Source of the DNA: Candidatus Velthaea sp.
GTDB lineage: Bacteria > Vulcanimicrobiota > Vulcanimicrobiia > Vulcanimicrobiales > Vulcanimicrobiaceae
DNA length: 64,000 bases
Assembly: GCA_965214935.1 (NCBI GenBank)
Contig: CBDCCS010000021.1
Coordinates: 96,001-160,000, forward strand
Direction of reading: 5' to 3'
The notes under the pieces were generated by a model. It searched no databases, had not been told where the DNA came from, and worked only from the letters and a program-made list of their open reading frames with translations. Positions 32,617-44,725 of the stretch are shown here, piece by piece. Position numbers and translations under genes: made by a program. Numbering within the stretch: the stretch's first letter is position 1; each line of letters starts with the position of its first letter.

Positions 32617-35600
32617 TTAGGCTTCGACTTTGACTCGGTCGGTTCGCACGAGTTCATCGAGCGACGCGAGATTAGCCGCCTCGATTGCTTCCATGCGAAC
32701 GGCACTTGCAACGTGCCCGTGCGCGCGCTCGTCGACAAGTACGTCTTTAAGGTAGCCGCCGGTATACGAAGCCGGATTGGCCGCCAGCTCTTCGGGCGTC
32801 CCGACGCCGACGAGCGTGCCGCCGCGCTCGCCGCCTTCGGGGCCGAGATCGATGAGGTAATCGGCCGTCTTGATGACGTCCAAATTATGCTCGATCACGA
32901 GCACCGTATTCCCGACGTTAACGAGCCGCGCGAGAACGTCGAGCAGCTTATGAATGTCCGCGAAGTGCAAGCCGGTCGTCGGCTCATCGAGCACGTAAAA
33001 CGTTCGACCCGTTGCCCGGCGGGACAGTTCGGTCGCGAGCTTGATGCGCTGCGCTTCACCGCCCGACAACTGCGTTGCCGGCTGACCCATTTTAATGTAG
33101 CCTAAGCCGACTTCAGTGATCGTCTTGAGTTTATTCGCGATCCGCGGAATCGTGCTGAGCAGTTCGGCGGCTTCATCGACGCGCATCTCGAGAATGTCGG
33201 CAATCGACTTGCCTTTGAATTTCACCTCGAGCGTTTGCGCATTGTAGCGCCGGCCTTTGCAGACTTCGCACGGCACGTACACGTCCGGCAAAAAATGCAT
33301 CTCGATCTTGATAACGCCATCGCCTTCACACGACTCGCAGCGGCCGCCTTTGACGTTGAACGAGAACCGGCCGGGCGTGTAACCGCGCATCTTTGATTCA
33401 GGCGTGAGTGAAAAAAGCTCGCGGATAAGATCGAACGTGCCCGTATAAGTCGCGGGATTCGAGCGGGGCGTCCGGCCGATCGGCGATTGATCGATCACGA
33501 CCATCTTGTCGAGCTCGCCCGCCCCGGTCAGCGTGCCGTAATTGCCGCTCGCCGGCTGCCCGTGAAGATGTTGATTGAGCGCTTTGACCAGCACCTCGTT
33601 CACAAGCGTCGACTTTCCCGAGCCGCTCACTCCGGTAACGCAGGTCAAGGCGCCGATCGGAAAGTCGACATCGATGCCATGCAAATTATTCGCTTTTGCA
33701 TTGTGAATGTTCAACCAGGCACGCGGCTTACGACGCGCTTTGGGTATCGCGATAAATTGGCGGCCGGAAAGGTATGCTGCCGTCAACGACTCGGGATTTT
33801 TGAGTATCTCGGCCATCGGTCCGACCGACAGCACGTGCCCGCCTTCGGCTCCGGCGCCCGGACCGATATCGACGATCACGTCCGCCGCGCGCATCGTATC
33901 CTCGTCGTGTTCGATGACGATAAGCGTATTACCGATATCGCGCAGCGTCTTGAGCGTGCCCAACAGCCGATCGTTATCGCGCTGATGCAAACCGATCGAC
34001 GGTTCATCGAGAATGTAGAGCACGCCGACGAGCGCGCTGCCGATTTGCGTCGCGAGCCGAATACGCTGCGACTCACCGCCGGACAGCGTCGTTGCGGTGC
34101 GGGAAAGATTGAGATACCCGAGCCCGACATTGGTTAAGAAGCCGAGCCGCGCGCCGATCTCTTTGAGGATCTGCGCAGAGATCAATTTCTGCCGATCGTT
34201 CGTCTGCAATTCGTGAAAAAACTTCTCGGCGTTCTCGACCGACATCGTCGTCAAGCTGTTGATGTTAAGTTCACCGATCGTAACCGCGAGCGCTTCGGGC
34301 TTGAGCCGCGCACCCTTACACGTCGCACATGTCGATGCGGACATGTACTTTTCGATGTCTTCCTTGACGTAATCGCTCGACGTTTCGTTGTAACGGCGCT
34401 GCAAGTTGTTAACGACGCCTTCGAACGTCGCATCGTACTCCCAGGCGTGTCCGCTTTTCGACTCATACGTGAAGCGCTGCTTCTTTTCCGTGCCGAACAA
34501 AATAAGCTCGACGAGATCGTCGGGCATCTTATCGATCGGCGTCGTCATCTTTACACGCCGCGAGCGTAACACGCGCTCGACTTGCTGCAGATAGTAGGGG
34601 TTCATCGATGGAAACCGGCCTGCGCCGAGCGATTTACTCCACGGCACGATCGCGCCTTGCTCGATCGACTTCGTGCGATCCGGGATGACTTTCCACGGAT
34701 CGATCTCGATCTTGGCGCCGAGTCCGCTGCAGGACGGGCATGCGCCGAACGGCGAGTTGAACGAGAACAGTCGCGGTTCGAGCTCTTGAAACGACAGGCC
34801 GCAATACGCGCAGGCGAACGACTCGCTCATCGTGAGTTCTTGCCACGGCGCGGCCGCTTTGGGTGCCGTCTCGGAGTCGGGATCGACCTTGACCGGCTTC
34901 ACCATTGCGGCTGCGTTCGGCGGCTCGTGCAGCACGGTCACAATGCCGGTCGAAAGCCGGAGCGTCGTTTCGACCGAATCGGTAAGCCGCTTGCGGATTT
35001 CCGGCTTGATGACGAGCCGGTCGACCACGACTTCGATCGTGTGTTTCCGCTTCTTGTCAAGGTCGATCTTCTCGCGCAGTTCCGTCATCTGCCCGTCGAT
35101 GCGAACGCGGGCAAAGCCCTCCTTGCCGATTTCCTCGAACAGCTTCGCGTACTCGCCCTTGCGTCCGCGGATCATCGGCGCGAGCAGCTGAATCTTTGTC
35201 CCCGCCGGTAATTCGAGAATTTGATCGACGATCTGCTGGCTGCTTTGAGCGCCGATTTCGCGACCGCACTTATAGCAATGCGGCGTCCCGATGCGTGCGA
35301 AAAGCAAGCGCAAATAATCGTAGATTTCGGTTACGGTACCGACGGTCGAACGCGGGTTACGCGAAGTCGACTTTTGATCGATTGAGATGGCGGGCGACAA
35401 GCCTTCGATGTAATCGACGTCCGGCTTTTCCATCTGACCCAGAAACTGCCGGGCGTACGACGAGAGCGACTCGACATACCGCCGCTGACCCTCGGCGTAG
35501 ATCGTATCGAACGCGAGCGACGACTTGCCCGAACCCGACAAGCCGGTCACGACGATGAGCGCATTGCGCGGCAGCGTCAGGTCGATGTTTTTGAGATTAT

Positions 35601-35658
35601 GTTCGCGCGCACCCTTGATGACGATGCTGTCGAGAACACGCGAAGGCGGTGGCGGCAT
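32617..35658 (-). CDS. uvrA: Excinuclease ABC subunit A
   Basis: GAREHNLKN, two Walker A motifs, LSGGE, zinc fingers. Confidence 0.98.
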   Translation of the reverse strand: MPPPPSRVLDSIVIKGAREHNLKNIDLTLPRNALIVVTGLSGSGKSSLAFDTIYAEGQRRYVESLSSYARQFLGQMEKPDVDYIEGLSPAISIDQKSTSRNPRSTVGTVTEIYDYLRLLFARIGTPHCYKCGREIGAQSSQQIVDQILELPAGTKIQLLAPMIRGRKGEYAKLFEEIGKEGFARVRIDGQMTELREKIDLDKKRKHTIEVVVDRLVIKPEIRKRLTDSVETTLRLSTGIVTVLHEPPNAAAMVKPVKVDPDSETAPKAAAPWQELTMSESFACAYCGLSFQELEPRLFSFNSPFGACPSCSGLGAKIEIDPWKVIPDRTKSIEQGAIVPWSKSLGAGRFPSMNPYYLQQVERVLRSRRVKMTTPIDKMPDDLVELILFGTEKKQRFTYESKSGHAWEYDATFEGVVNNLQRRYNETSSDYVKEDIEKYMSASTCATCKGARLKPEALAVTIGELNINSLTTMSVENAEKFFHELQTNDRQKLISAQILKEIGARLGFLTNVGLGYLNLSRTATTLSGGESQRIRLATQIGSALVGVLYILDEPSIGLHQRDNDRLLGTLKTLRDIGNTLIVIEHDEDTMRAADVIVDIGPGAGAEGGHVLSVGPMAEILKNPESLTAAYLSGRQFIAIPKARRKPRAWLNIHNAKANNLHGIDVDFPIGALTCVTGVSGSGKSTLVNEVLVKALNQHLHGQPASGNYGTLTGAGELDKMVVIDQSPIGRTPRSNPATYTGTFDLIRELFSLTPESKMRGYTPGRFSFNVKGGRCESCEGDGVIKIEMHFLPDVYVPCEVCKGRRYNAQTLEVKFKGKSIADILEMRVDEAAELLSTIPRIANKLKTITEVGLGYIKMGQPATQLSGGEAQRIKLATELSRRATGRTFYVLDEPTTGLHFADIHKLLDVLARLVNVGNTVLVIEHNLDVIKTADYLIDLGPEGGERGGTLVGVGTPEELAANPASYTGGYLKDVLVDERAHGHVASAVRMEAIEAANLASLDELVRTDRVKVEA

Positions 35659-35716
35659 ATATGCCTACGTTCGACCCGTTAGGAACAACAACCGTTGCGA
35701 GCCGTCACCCGGGTCG

Positions 35717-35950
35717 CTAGAGAAACGTCGTGTGACTGGCCGCAACGAACATGAGCAGACCAAGCCCGATCGCTAAAGCACCGAAGATGCGCATTGTGAA
35801 AACTTTCGCATCGTCGAAAAACGTGTCGGATTGGCGCGCGCCGGTCGCCGCCGGTTTGCGTGCATGCGCATTATCGAGCAGTTCGGCCCCCGCGATTAAG
35901 CCGAAGCCGAGGACAACAACAACGATTCGGACGGTAACGGGGACTTCCAC
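35717..35950 (-). CDS. Small two-TM membrane protein
   Basis: GGAGG SD before GTG; two hydrophobic segments. Confidence 0.55.
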   Translation of the reverse strand: MEVPVTVRIVVVVLGFGLIAGAELLDNAHARKPAATGARQSDTFFDDAKVFTMRIFGALAIGLGLLMFVAASHTTFL

Positions 35951-35968
35951 AACTTCCTCCGGAGGCGG

Positions 35969-36679
35969 CTAGCCGAGCGAACTCACGGACATTGTATCCG
36001 CCGCTCGGCGCGCAGAAAGATATTCGCCGACGATGACGAGCGTCGCGTAAGCGGTAACCGCTTGGGTGACGATCGCTACGACGATCGGACCGATGAACGG
36101 AACGAAATGCAGAGGCAAGGCGAGCAGTCCGACGACGAGACCGATCACAAAAAGCATGACGATAATAATGATGGTTGAAAGCGCGCGGCGTCGAGCGATC
36201 GTTGCTGAGATCCGAAATGCCCCGGCCGCACCGCGATTCTCGAGCACGACCGCCGGCACGATGTACATTGCGAAAAACAAAACGACGAACCAGCCGATGC
36301 CCAGCGTGATGACCGCAATAGCGATACCGACGACCGCGATGAGCAGTACCGCGGCGAGTAAGCGCCCCGCGTCCTGTCGAAATGCGGCGCGACCGTCATC
36401 GAGCGACGCAATGCCCGTCTGCCAAGCCGCGCCGGCCATGCCCGTGGTGTACGTTTGCGTGACAAGAAACGCAAGAATGCCGAGTGCAAGCGAAACACTT
36501 GCCGCAACGGCCAGCGAGCCGAGCGGTAACGGATCGCCGGGTTGCGGATGAGGTGCAATCGCGCCATTGATGATGCCGACGACGAGCCCGACGATCAGAC
36601 CCGGGACGACGATGACCGGATTTGCCGTCAACAACGTCCAGGCTCGAGCGAAGATGTTTTCGACCGAATCACTTTGCAA
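35969..36679 (-). CDS. Multi-pass membrane hypothetical protein
   Basis: AGGAG before TTG 36679; several hydrophobic helices; F..AW and PAVVLE patterns. Confidence 0.7.
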   Translation of the reverse strand: MQSDSVENIFARAWTLLTANPVIVVPGLIVGLVVGIINGAIAPHPQPGDPLPLGSLAVAASVSLALGILAFLVTQTYTTGMAGAAWQTGIASLDDGRAAFRQDAGRLLAAVLLIAVVGIAIAVITLGIGWFVVLFFAMYIVPAVVLENRGAAGAFRISATIARRRALSTIIIIVMLFVIGLVVGLLALPLHFVPFIGPIVVAIVTQAVTAYATLVIVGEYLSARRAADTMSVSSLG

Positions 36680-36707
36680 CGCAGACGCTCCTAGGCGGTG
36701 ACGGCGA

Positions 36708-37466
36708 TTAGCTGTTGCCCTTCTGTGCCATGACCGGCGGCCCTTCGGCGATCGCGGGTAGCAAAACACCCAGCACGTCACCAATTGTTTGGACGACGGC
36801 GTCGGGCGGAATCGCACCCTCCGGTAAGGGAATGGCATGCACGTCGATGAGGATCGTAAACATGCCCGTCAGCTTCGCGCCGACGATATCACGATCGTAC
36901 CGGTCGCCGACCATCGCCGTCCGTCCGGGCACACTGCCGAGTACTTCGCAAGCGTGCCGGAACACGGCCGGATCGGGTTTTACCATGCCCATCTCGTCGG
37001 CGATGAAGAGGCCGTCGACGAGCGGCGTTAAACCGAGGCGCGCGACCTTATCATGATGCGTTGCGGCAAAGCCGTTTGTGACGATGCCGAGCTTGCAGCC
37101 GTAGGCGCGCAATGTTTGCACGCAATCGAGCGCTCCGGGCGACAACGCGAGTCCGTCGGCGCGGCGCCTGGTGTAATCGGCCGCACACCGCCGCGCGAGG
37201 GCGACGTCGTCGATGCCGACCGCTAGCAGCGCATTGGCCCACAACTGCGTACGTGCATCGGAAATGCCGACGCTCAAATGCTCGACGGAGAGCTTTTTCC
37301 AAAACGCCTGAGCTTGCACGATATACGCTGCAAGCAGCGCAGCGGCATCAATCGGATGCGTCTGCGCGACGTCGGCGGCGACCATCCGGGCCGCCGTTTG
37401 ATACGCCGCCGTGTCGTCATGCAACGTGTCGTCGAGGTCGAATAAAACGGTATCGATCGTGCGCAA
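36708..37466 (-). CDS. HAD family hydrolase
   Basis: VLFDLDDTL, IVTNG, KPDPAVF, MVGDRYDRDIVGA; start inferred. Confidence 0.92.
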   Translation of the reverse strand: MRTIDTVLFDLDDTLHDDTAAYQTAARMVAADVAQTHPIDAAALLAAYIVQAQAFWKKLSVEHLSVGISDARTQLWANALLAVGIDDVALARRCAADYTRRRADGLALSPGALDCVQTLRAYGCKLGIVTNGFAATHHDKVARLGLTPLVDGLFIADEMGMVKPDPAVFRHACEVLGSVPGRTAMVGDRYDRDIVGAKLTGMFTILIDVHAIPLPEGAIPPDAVVQTIGDVLGVLLPAIAEGPPVMAQKGNS

Positions 37467-37586
37467 AACGCGGCTGTATTCGGCCGCCGCGACCCGATGG
37501 CCCGTCGATCCGCTTTCGATCGGGAAGTCGCAGCGACTTTCAACTGCGTACGGGGCGATCGGTCTACGAATGTAACAGTGACGTTC

Positions 37587-38324
37587 ATGTCTGAAATCGA
37601 AGGCAAAGTCATTGCAATCACCGGCGCGAGCAGCGGCATCGGCGAGGCCACATCGCTGCTGCTGGCTAAACGCGGTGCAAAAATCGTGCTTGGCGCGCGA
37701 CGGCTCGAACCGCTCGCCGCTCTCGCCGAGCGTATAACGAACGCGGGCGGCGAAGCCGCGTTCGCGTGCACGGACGTTCGCACGCGTGCCGACTTGGTAG
37801 CGCTCGTCAAGCTTGCCCGCGGGCGGTTCGGCCGGCTCGACGTGCTGGTAAGTAACGCGGGTGTCATGCCGGTCTCGCGACTCGAAGATTTGCGCGTCGA
37901 CGATTGGGACGCAATGATCGACGTCAACATCAAAGGCGTGCTGTATGGAATCGCGGCAGCGCTGCCCGTTTTTAGCGAACAGGGGTCGGGGCACGTCATT
38001 ACTATTGCATCGACGGCTGCCTATCGCGTCGTACCGACCATGGCCGTGTACGCCGGCACCAAAATCGCCGTACGCGCGATCTCCGAGGGTTTACGTCAGG
38101 AAGCCGGCGACAAGCTGCGCGTGACGATCGTGTCGCCCGGCTTCACCCGCACGAATTTTGCCGATTCGGTGACCGATCCGGAGGTCAAAGCGCAGCTTGC
38201 AGCCTCGCGCGACCGCTTCGCGATGCCGCCCGAGGCGGTCGCCCGCGCCATCGCGTACGCGATCGAACAGCCGGCCGATATCGACGTAAACGAAATCGTC
38301 ATTCGCCCAACAGCCCAAGGGTAA
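37587..38324 (+). CDS. SDR family oxidoreductase
   Basis: ITGASSGIG, SNAG, YAGTK, NEIVIRPT. Confidence 0.95.
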   Translation: MSEIEGKVIAITGASSGIGEATSLLLAKRGAKIVLGARRLEPLAALAERITNAGGEAAFACTDVRTRADLVALVKLARGRFGRLDVLVSNAGVMPVSRLEDLRVDDWDAMIDVNIKGVLYGIAAALPVFSEQGSGHVITIASTAAYRVVPTMAVYAGTKIAVRAISEGLRQEAGDKLRVTIVSPGFTRTNFADSVTDPEVKAQLAASRDRFAMPPEAVARAIAYAIEQPADIDVNEIVIRPTAQG

Positions 38325-38477
38325 CGCGCCTTGCGTGTTGAGCCGATGACCCAAACCACTGCACGACTAGTTGGTAATCCAAAATACTCGAGAAGAGAAC
38401 GATAGTCGAGCATCAGCTAATGGCAAGCCGTGATCATGTTCAAGCGCGACGAAGTAACGCGAAAACGACATCGGTTC

Positions 38478-40979
38478 CTAGAACACCACCCGAAAAGACC
38501 GCAGCGAAAACGGTGCGAGATTGAAGCGCAAACTCTCTTCTTCGATGGTCACGTCGGTCGCCGCGCCGGCGGGCAGTTCACAGCCGTCGACCGGCTCGAC
38601 AAGTCGCATCCGTCCGCCACAACGCAGGGACACAACGTGGCTGGCGCCGTCACATTCGCGCACGCGCACGATAACGCCGCGACCGTCGTCGGCCGGCTTC
38701 GTTGCGACGATCAGCACGCCCGCATCTTCACAACTGAACAAGCGCACGCGCGGCTCGCTAACATAATCTTGCCACGCGTTCTCGAGTGCTGAGATCGGCG
38801 CACCGGCGGTCGGTGCATAGGCGTACGCAATGCGGTGTTCGCCGCGATCCGCGCCCGGATCGGGCCAGCCCGGAGCGCGCAACAGCGACATGCCTAAACG
38901 TACGCCGCCGCCTCTGAGCCCGCGAGCGTTCCAGCCGTACGTATCGGGCGCGAGAATCGCAAGTCCGCGCGCGCCGTCATCGACGTAGGCAAAACGCTGC
39001 GCGGGCACCTCGAAGCGCGCGCGGTCGGCAGCGGTCCGCGCGAACGCCGGCCGCAGGATCGTTCCATGCGCTTGACCGTAGCGGACGTCCGTCGCCGGAA
39101 CGGCGACTCGGTTCTCAACCCGTAAGAGCGTATGATTCTCGCGCCAGTTCACCGCCAGATCAACACGCAGATAAGGCTCGCCCGCGCGCAGCTCGATGCG
39201 CATCGTTGCCGTCGAACGCTTACCGATCGTAAAGCGAATGACAAGGCCGTCGTCTTCGAGCATCGCGCCGCGCGCTTTGACCGCGCGGCGCTGTAGCGCA
39301 TAACCGGCGTCGACGTTCCAAGCGTCCCACTTCTTGGGCTTATCGACATATGCCGCAAGACCGTTGCCTAACGTCATCACGTTGGGTCCGTCGACGGCGC
39401 CGAGTTCGACGATCGTGCCGTCATTGCGCACGACCGCGCGCACGTACTCGTTGCGAAACTCGAACCGGTCGCCGCTGACCGCCGGCGCTGCAAGCGCGGC
39501 GGCAGCAGGCGCTAGTTGCGTGCGCGGTAAGATCGATTGCGTTCCGGTGTAGAGGCGTTCGATGATGCGCTCGACCCGATCGTATTCGGCCTGAACGTCC
39601 GTGTATACGGCACCGATTGACGAGCCGGCGAGCACGTCATGAAATTGATTGCGCAAGACGATCGTCCAGGCCGTGCGCAAATCGTCGACGAGCGGCGTGA
39701 TGACGGAACCGGGCGCGCGCACCGCGACGCACCACGCACATGATTCTTCGACGGCATCGAGCGCGCGTTCGAGTGCGGCGTTGCGCGCTTTGATATCGCG
39801 ATGCGTCGTGTATGTGCCCCGATGCGTTTCCAGATAAAGTTCGCCGCGATACGCCGGCAACACCGCTGCGTTCAGTTGCGAAAACCACTTCGCAGCAGAT
39901 GTCCAGGCGCGCGGCGCAACGCGCGCGATCGCCGCGTCGGTCGCGCCGCCGCCGCCGTCGCCGAAGCCGACGATGAGCGGTTCGTGCCGTTTATCTGCCG
40001 TTGCGATGCGCGCCGGCGTCGGATCGCCGTCGTAAGCAGCCAGCACCGCGGCCACGAGCGTACTTCCGTCATCGCCGCTCCACGCAAACTGTGGCAATGG
40101 CCAGCGCGTCGTCTCGTTCCATTCAAGCTTCGTCGTCGCAAACGCGGTCGCGCCGGCGTGCACCGCAAGCGTCGGCAGTGTGTTCGGAAACCCGAAGGTA
40201 TCGGGCAACCACACCACGCGGGGCGTAACGCCGGTCTTGTCGTGGATGTAGCGCATGCCGTAAGCAAATTGACGCAACACCGACTCGCCGCTGGGCGCGT
40301 GCAAATCCGGCTCGACCCACATCGTCGCGACACTGGCATCCCAACCGCCGGCGCTGATAGCGGCGCGCATGCGCGCGAAGAGACCCGCATCGCCGCTCTC
40401 CACCCACGCGTAGAGTTGCGGCTGACTTTGTGCAAAAACGAACGGCCCCGCCTCGATCTCGCGCACCGCCGTCGCAAACGTTCGCAGCGCTTTGCGGCGC
40501 GTGTCGGCATGCGTCCAAAGCCATGCAACGTCGAGATGTGCGTGGCCGAGCGCGGCAGTTGCCGATTTGCGTTCATGCGCCGCGGGCGCAGTGCGGTATG
40601 CTACCTCGAGCGACATATGCGGAGCTTGCGTTTCGCGGGCGAGCATCAACCGCCAGCGCAACCCGTCAGCCGAGGGCAAACCGGAGATCGGCAGCGCGCG
40701 CCGGTCGACTTCGAGCGTTACGTCGTGATCGCCGGGCAACGCCGGCAGATTGCACGTCGGATGCTTGCCGTCAAAAGCACCGGCAACGGCACCATCGATG
40801 CGCAGCAAGGCGCCGGTGCGCGTCGGATACCGCAGCTGCAACAGTGGCGCGCCGAATGTTGCGCGTACGCCGAGTGTTATCGTGTCGGCGTTCTCGGTCC
40901 GACGCGCGAGTCGTAAGCGCTGCGCCCCCGGACGAGCGATCAAAACGTCTTCGTGCGCTGGTCGTTCGCGCGATTGCAC
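38478..40979 (-). CDS. Alpha-mannosidase (GH38)
   Basis: GHAHLDVAWLW, SGESVLRQ, WLPDTFG, GELYLETHRGTYT, NQFHDVLAGSSI. Confidence 0.9.
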   Translation of the reverse strand: MQSRERPAHEDVLIARPGAQRLRLARRTENADTITLGVRATFGAPLLQLRYPTRTGALLRIDGAVAGAFDGKHPTCNLPALPGDHDVTLEVDRRALPISGLPSADGLRWRLMLARETQAPHMSLEVAYRTAPAAHERKSATAALGHAHLDVAWLWTHADTRRKALRTFATAVREIEAGPFVFAQSQPQLYAWVESGDAGLFARMRAAISAGGWDASVATMWVEPDLHAPSGESVLRQFAYGMRYIHDKTGVTPRVVWLPDTFGFPNTLPTLAVHAGATAFATTKLEWNETTRWPLPQFAWSGDDGSTLVAAVLAAYDGDPTPARIATADKRHEPLIVGFGDGGGGATDAAIARVAPRAWTSAAKWFSQLNAAVLPAYRGELYLETHRGTYTTHRDIKARNAALERALDAVEESCAWCVAVRAPGSVITPLVDDLRTAWTIVLRNQFHDVLAGSSIGAVYTDVQAEYDRVERIIERLYTGTQSILPRTQLAPAAAALAAPAVSGDRFEFRNEYVRAVVRNDGTIVELGAVDGPNVMTLGNGLAAYVDKPKKWDAWNVDAGYALQRRAVKARGAMLEDDGLVIRFTIGKRSTATMRIELRAGEPYLRVDLAVNWRENHTLLRVENRVAVPATDVRYGQAHGTILRPAFARTAADRARFEVPAQRFAYVDDGARGLAILAPDTYGWNARGLRGGGVRLGMSLLRAPGWPDPGADRGEHRIAYAYAPTAGAPISALENAWQDYVSEPRVRLFSCEDAGVLIVATKPADDGRGVIVRVRECDGASHVVSLRCGGRMRLVEPVDGCELPAGAATDVTIEEESLRFNLAPFSLRSFRVVF

Positions 40980-41356
40980 GCGTTTCGCGCCGCGTCGCCG
41001 GTTTCGAGCACGTACCGGACCGTTACCGTCAGCGGCTGCGACCGTTCGGATACCGGACGGTATACGGCGAACGCAACCGGATATGCGACGCCCGCATCGA
41101 GTGCGGGTACGGTTTGCGGTGCCAGAACAACGCCGTTACGCACCAGCTCAACGCGTTGCGTGATGTCGGGAGTTTGCCCGAGCGAACCAACATTAGAAAG
41201 CGTCGTCGCGATCACGTAGTGATCGGGCGATGTCGACTTCTTGATTAGCTGTGCGCTAAGATCCGTGATTGCCGGATCGGCGGCGGGACATGCCCGTTGC
41301 ACCGGCGCGGCGACGGCAACAATCGCCGCGGCGAGACCAAGCAAAGGCAGCATCAA
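40940..41356 (-). CDS. Secreted hypothetical protein, possibly Ig-like/CARDB-like
   Basis: Signal peptide, two Cys, TLSNVG motif, beta-rich; AAGGA upstream. Confidence 0.6.
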   Translation of the reverse strand: MMLPLLGLAAAIVAVAAPVQRACPAADPAITDLSAQLIKKSTSPDHYVIATTLSNVGSLGQTPDITQRVELVRNGVVLAPQTVPALDAGVAYPVAFAVYRPVSERSQPLTVTVRYVLETGDAARNACNRANDQRTKTF

Positions 41357-41399
41357 ACGTCCTTCGCGTACCGAACGGCGGCGACCTTAATTCGCACGC

Positions 41400-42503
41400 T
41401 CACTCGCGATCGAAGTAATCGAGTTGCGGCGCGCTTCGCACGAGCGTTCCGGTGACGTCGACAAGCAGCTTCTCAGAATCCGGATAGAAACATACGTCTC
41501 CGGCATCAGTGTTGGCAATCATTAACACGACGCATGCGGCGCTCGAATCATTCCAGAGCCGATGCGCACCGTGCGCTCCGGTTGCAAAAACGACGCAGTC
41601 ACCGGGCGCCAGCGGCCAGCGCCCAGCCGGCGTCTGCAACGTCGGCGTGCCGGACCAGACGACGAACAACTCTTCTTCCCGCGTATGCCAGTGCTGCGGA
41701 CAATACGACTCGTTCGGTTCTAAACGCGCCGCCGCGATGCCGAGTTTTTGCGCGCCGAGCAGCGCACCGATTTCCGCGCATTCACCGCCGAACGGCGCCG
41801 GATCGCCGGCTCGTTCGGGGAGCCGCAAACGCGGGCGGTGCTCCGGCGCTTTGGTCGAGCGCCACGCCAGCTCCGCAAGATTGACGATTTGGACCGCAGC
41901 ATCCGTTGCACGCGCATCGATCATCGCGCCGAGCACCGCCGCGGCGTTGCCGAAGACCGGCATACCGTCACCGACGAGCAGATGATCGATCGGCAACGCG
42001 CGCACGTGACGGGCTGAAAGTAAAGCGCGCACCGGGTCACCGAGTTTGTCATCCGGCATCAAGCGCAATGCACCGGCCGGTGAGCCCCAAAAAGCGTCGC
42101 CCGAGATCGCCGCACGCCGCCGCTCCGAAAAAAGCACCATCTCACCCGGCGTTTTGTAGCCGTCGAGTCCGATCACGCGCCAGCCGAAGATGTCGTCACC
42201 TTCGGTCACGGTCCGATCGACGCCGACCGTCAGCATTGCGGCGTCGGCAGCGGGTGCGACGATCTGCGCACCGAGTTCCTCGGCGAACCGGGCGGCCGCG
42301 CGCTGGTGATCGCGATTCGTAATGACGATCGTCTGCACGCCGGCCGCGCGGCACCGTTCGATCACTTCCGGCGCGTCGGGCTCGAGCGGATCGACGATGA
42401 ACGCGCCGTTCGCTTCGGTGACGAGCCACGAATTAAAATTCAGGCCGCGATCCGGCTGCCAAACCGACCACATTGAGATTCCGGCGACCACTGTCTCTTG
42501 CAT
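41400..42503 (-). CDS. MBL-fold plus cupin fusion protein
   Basis: N-half IVDP, ITNRDHQR, KTPGE, ISGDA, LVGDG; C-half HWHTREEELFVV, GAHRLWN, CFYPDS. Confidence 0.8.
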   Translation of the reverse strand: MQETVVAGISMWSVWQPDRGLNFNSWLVTEANGAFIVDPLEPDAPEVIERCRAAGVQTIVITNRDHQRAAARFAEELGAQIVAPAADAAMLTVGVDRTVTEGDDIFGWRVIGLDGYKTPGEMVLFSERRRAAISGDAFWGSPAGALRLMPDDKLGDPVRALLSARHVRALPIDHLLVGDGMPVFGNAAAVLGAMIDARATDAAVQIVNLAELAWRSTKAPEHRPRLRLPERAGDPAPFGGECAEIGALLGAQKLGIAAARLEPNESYCPQHWHTREEELFVVWSGTPTLQTPAGRWPLAPGDCVVFATGAHGAHRLWNDSSAACVVLMIANTDAGDVCFYPDSEKLLVDVTGTLVRSAPQLDYFDRE

Positions 42504-42540
42504 AACGGTAGGATTACGGGCGAACCTCAGTGCGTTCCCA

Positions 42541-44586
42541 TTACGTGCCGATCAATTCACGCAACGCGTGCGCAAAAATCTTCGGCGCTTTGCCGCCGAA
42601 CAGCACGCCTTCGTTTCCGCCGATCTGTTTGCGCAGTTCGACCAACTCGTCGCGTAGAGCCGCGGCGGTCTCGAAGTCGAGGTTGGCGGCCGCTTCGCGC
42701 ATCTTGCGCTCGATCTCCGTCGACATTGCCATTGCCACTTCGCGCGGCATTTTCTCTGCTCGTATCGCTTCCGCGCCGTTGGCCGGCTTGCCGACGAGCG
42801 CTAAGATATCGCGCACTTCTTTGCGAACGCTGCGCGGTTCGATACCATGCGCCAGATTGTGCGCGACTTGCCGTTCGCGCCGGCGTTTGGTTTCACCCAG
42901 CGCGCGGGCCATCGATTCGGTAACGACATCAGCATACATGATGACCCGGCCTTCGACGTTGCGCGCTGCCCGGCCGATGGTCTGAATGAGCGACGTTCCC
43001 GAACGCAGATAGCCTTCTTTATCCGCATCGAGAATGCCGACCAGCGACACCTCGGGCAGATCGAGCCCTTCTCGCAGCAAATTGATGCCGACGAGCACGT
43101 CGAACTCGCCTTTGCGCAAATCGCGCAGAATTGCGATCCGCTCGAGCGTCTCGACCTCGCTATGCAGATAGCGGACCTTAATCCCGTTCTCGAGCAAATA
43201 ATCGGTCAAATCCTCGGCCATTTTTTTCGTTAGCGTCGTCACTAAAACGCGTTCGTCGGCGGTCGTGCGCTTGCGAATTTCGTCCATCAGATCGTCGACT
43301 TGATGACGCGTCGGGCGCACCTCGACTTCCGGATCGACAAGGCCCGTGGGCCGGATGATCATCTCGACGACTTGGTTTGATTTCGACATCTCGTACGTTG
43401 CCGGCGTCGCCGAAACGTAGACGATTTGATCGATATGACGATCGAATTCATCGAAGGTCAACGGACGATTATCAAGCGCTGACGGCAACCGGAAACCATG
43501 TTCGACAAGCGATTCTTTGCGCGCCCGATCGCCGCCGTACATGCCGTGTACCTGCGGAATCGTCACGTGCGACTCATCCACGAACATCAGCCAGTCATTC
43601 TGCGGAAAGAAGTCGATGAGACACCACGGCGTCGAGCCCGGTTCGCGCCCGGCCAAGTGCCGCGAGTAGTTCTCGACGCCGTTACAGTAGCCGACTTCGC
43701 GCAGCATATCGAGATCGTAACGCGTGCGCTGCTCGAGCCGCTGCGCCTCGAGTAATTTGCCGTTATCTTTGAAGTGTTTGAGCCGCTCGTCGAGCTCGAT
43801 TTCGATCGCATTGATCGCACGCCCGAGCTTCTCTTCGGGTGTGATGTAATGCTTGGCCGGGAAAATTTTGAGCTCGTCTTTGGATTCAACGTACTCGCCG
43901 GTCAGCTGATTGACGACGTTGATCGCTTCGATGTCGTCCCCGAAGAACTCGATGCGATGCACGAGATCTTCATCGACGCCGACGTATTCGAGCGTGTCGC
44001 CGCGCACGCGAAACGTTCCGCGCACGAGGTTGAGATCGTTGCGCCGGTATTGCATCCCGACAAGTTTCCGCAAGAACGCATCGCGGTCGACCGCATCGCC
44101 GACCTTGATATCGGCGGCGAGTTCCATATAATCGGCCGGCGAGCCAAGACCGAAAATACACGAGACCGACGCGACGATGAGCGTATCGCGCCGCGTGAGC
44201 AACGACTGAGTGGCCGAATGACGCAGCCGCTCGACCTCATCGTTGATCGAGCTGTCCTTGGCGATGTACGTATCGGTGTGCGCGATGTACGCCTCAGGCT
44301 GATAATAATCAAAATACGAGACGAAATACTCGACGGCATTATTCGGGAAAAAATCGCGGAACTCGGCACATAACTGCGCGGCTAGCGTCTTATTGTGGCA
44401 CAGCACGAGCGTCGGCTTTTGTACCAGCTCGACGACCCGCGCCATTGCCATTGTTTTTCCGCTACCCGTGACGCCCAGCAACGTTTGAGCGCGATCGCCG
44501 CGCAGAACGCCGTCGGCAAGGGCGGCCGTCGCGGCCGGTTGGTCACCGGCGAGACCATAAGGCGAGACGAGCTCGAATTTCGGCAT
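42541..44586 (-). CDS. uvrB: Excinuclease ABC subunit B
   Basis: [41 protein letters not shown]. Confidence 0.98.
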   Translation of the reverse strand: MPKFELVSPYGLAGDQPAATAALADGVLRGDRAQTLLGVTGSGKTMAMARVVELVQKPTLVLCHNKTLAAQLCAEFRDFFPNNAVEYFVSYFDYYQPEAYIAHTDTYIAKDSSINDEVERLRHSATQSLLTRRDTLIVASVSCIFGLGSPADYMELAADIKVGDAVDRDAFLRKLVGMQYRRNDLNLVRGTFRVRGDTLEYVGVDEDLVHRIEFFGDDIEAINVVNQLTGEYVESKDELKIFPAKHYITPEEKLGRAINAIEIELDERLKHFKDNGKLLEAQRLEQRTRYDLDMLREVGYCNGVENYSRHLAGREPGSTPWCLIDFFPQNDWLMFVDESHVTIPQVHGMYGGDRARKESLVEHGFRLPSALDNRPLTFDEFDRHIDQIVYVSATPATYEMSKSNQVVEMIIRPTGLVDPEVEVRPTRHQVDDLMDEIRKRTTADERVLVTTLTKKMAEDLTDYLLENGIKVRYLHSEVETLERIAILRDLRKGEFDVLVGINLLREGLDLPEVSLVGILDADKEGYLRSGTSLIQTIGRAARNVEGRVIMYADVVTESMARALGETKRRRERQVAHNLAHGIEPRSVRKEVRDILALVGKPANGAEAIRAEKMPREVAMAMSTEIERKMREAAANLDFETAAALRDELVELRKQIGGNEGVLFGGKAPKIFAHALRELIGT

Positions 44587-44725
44587 GTGTGCTATCCCAA
44601 ACCAAATCAGCGGCGGAGTCGTTGCGCCCCGCCATACAGGCAATTGGACGCCGCATCGCGGATACTTCCGCGCTTACCGGTTGTCGCGCTCAGGCGTCCT
44701 CCGGGGCGAGAGGAGACTCCAGTCA

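Noticed and set aside
37467..37994. 428-aa extended HAD ORF
   Set aside because: The extension is the antisense shadow of the SDR gene.
38325..38477. AT-richer spacer with minus-strand ORF start at 38413
   Set aside because: Most of the ORF is antisense to the SDR and has no recognisable motif.
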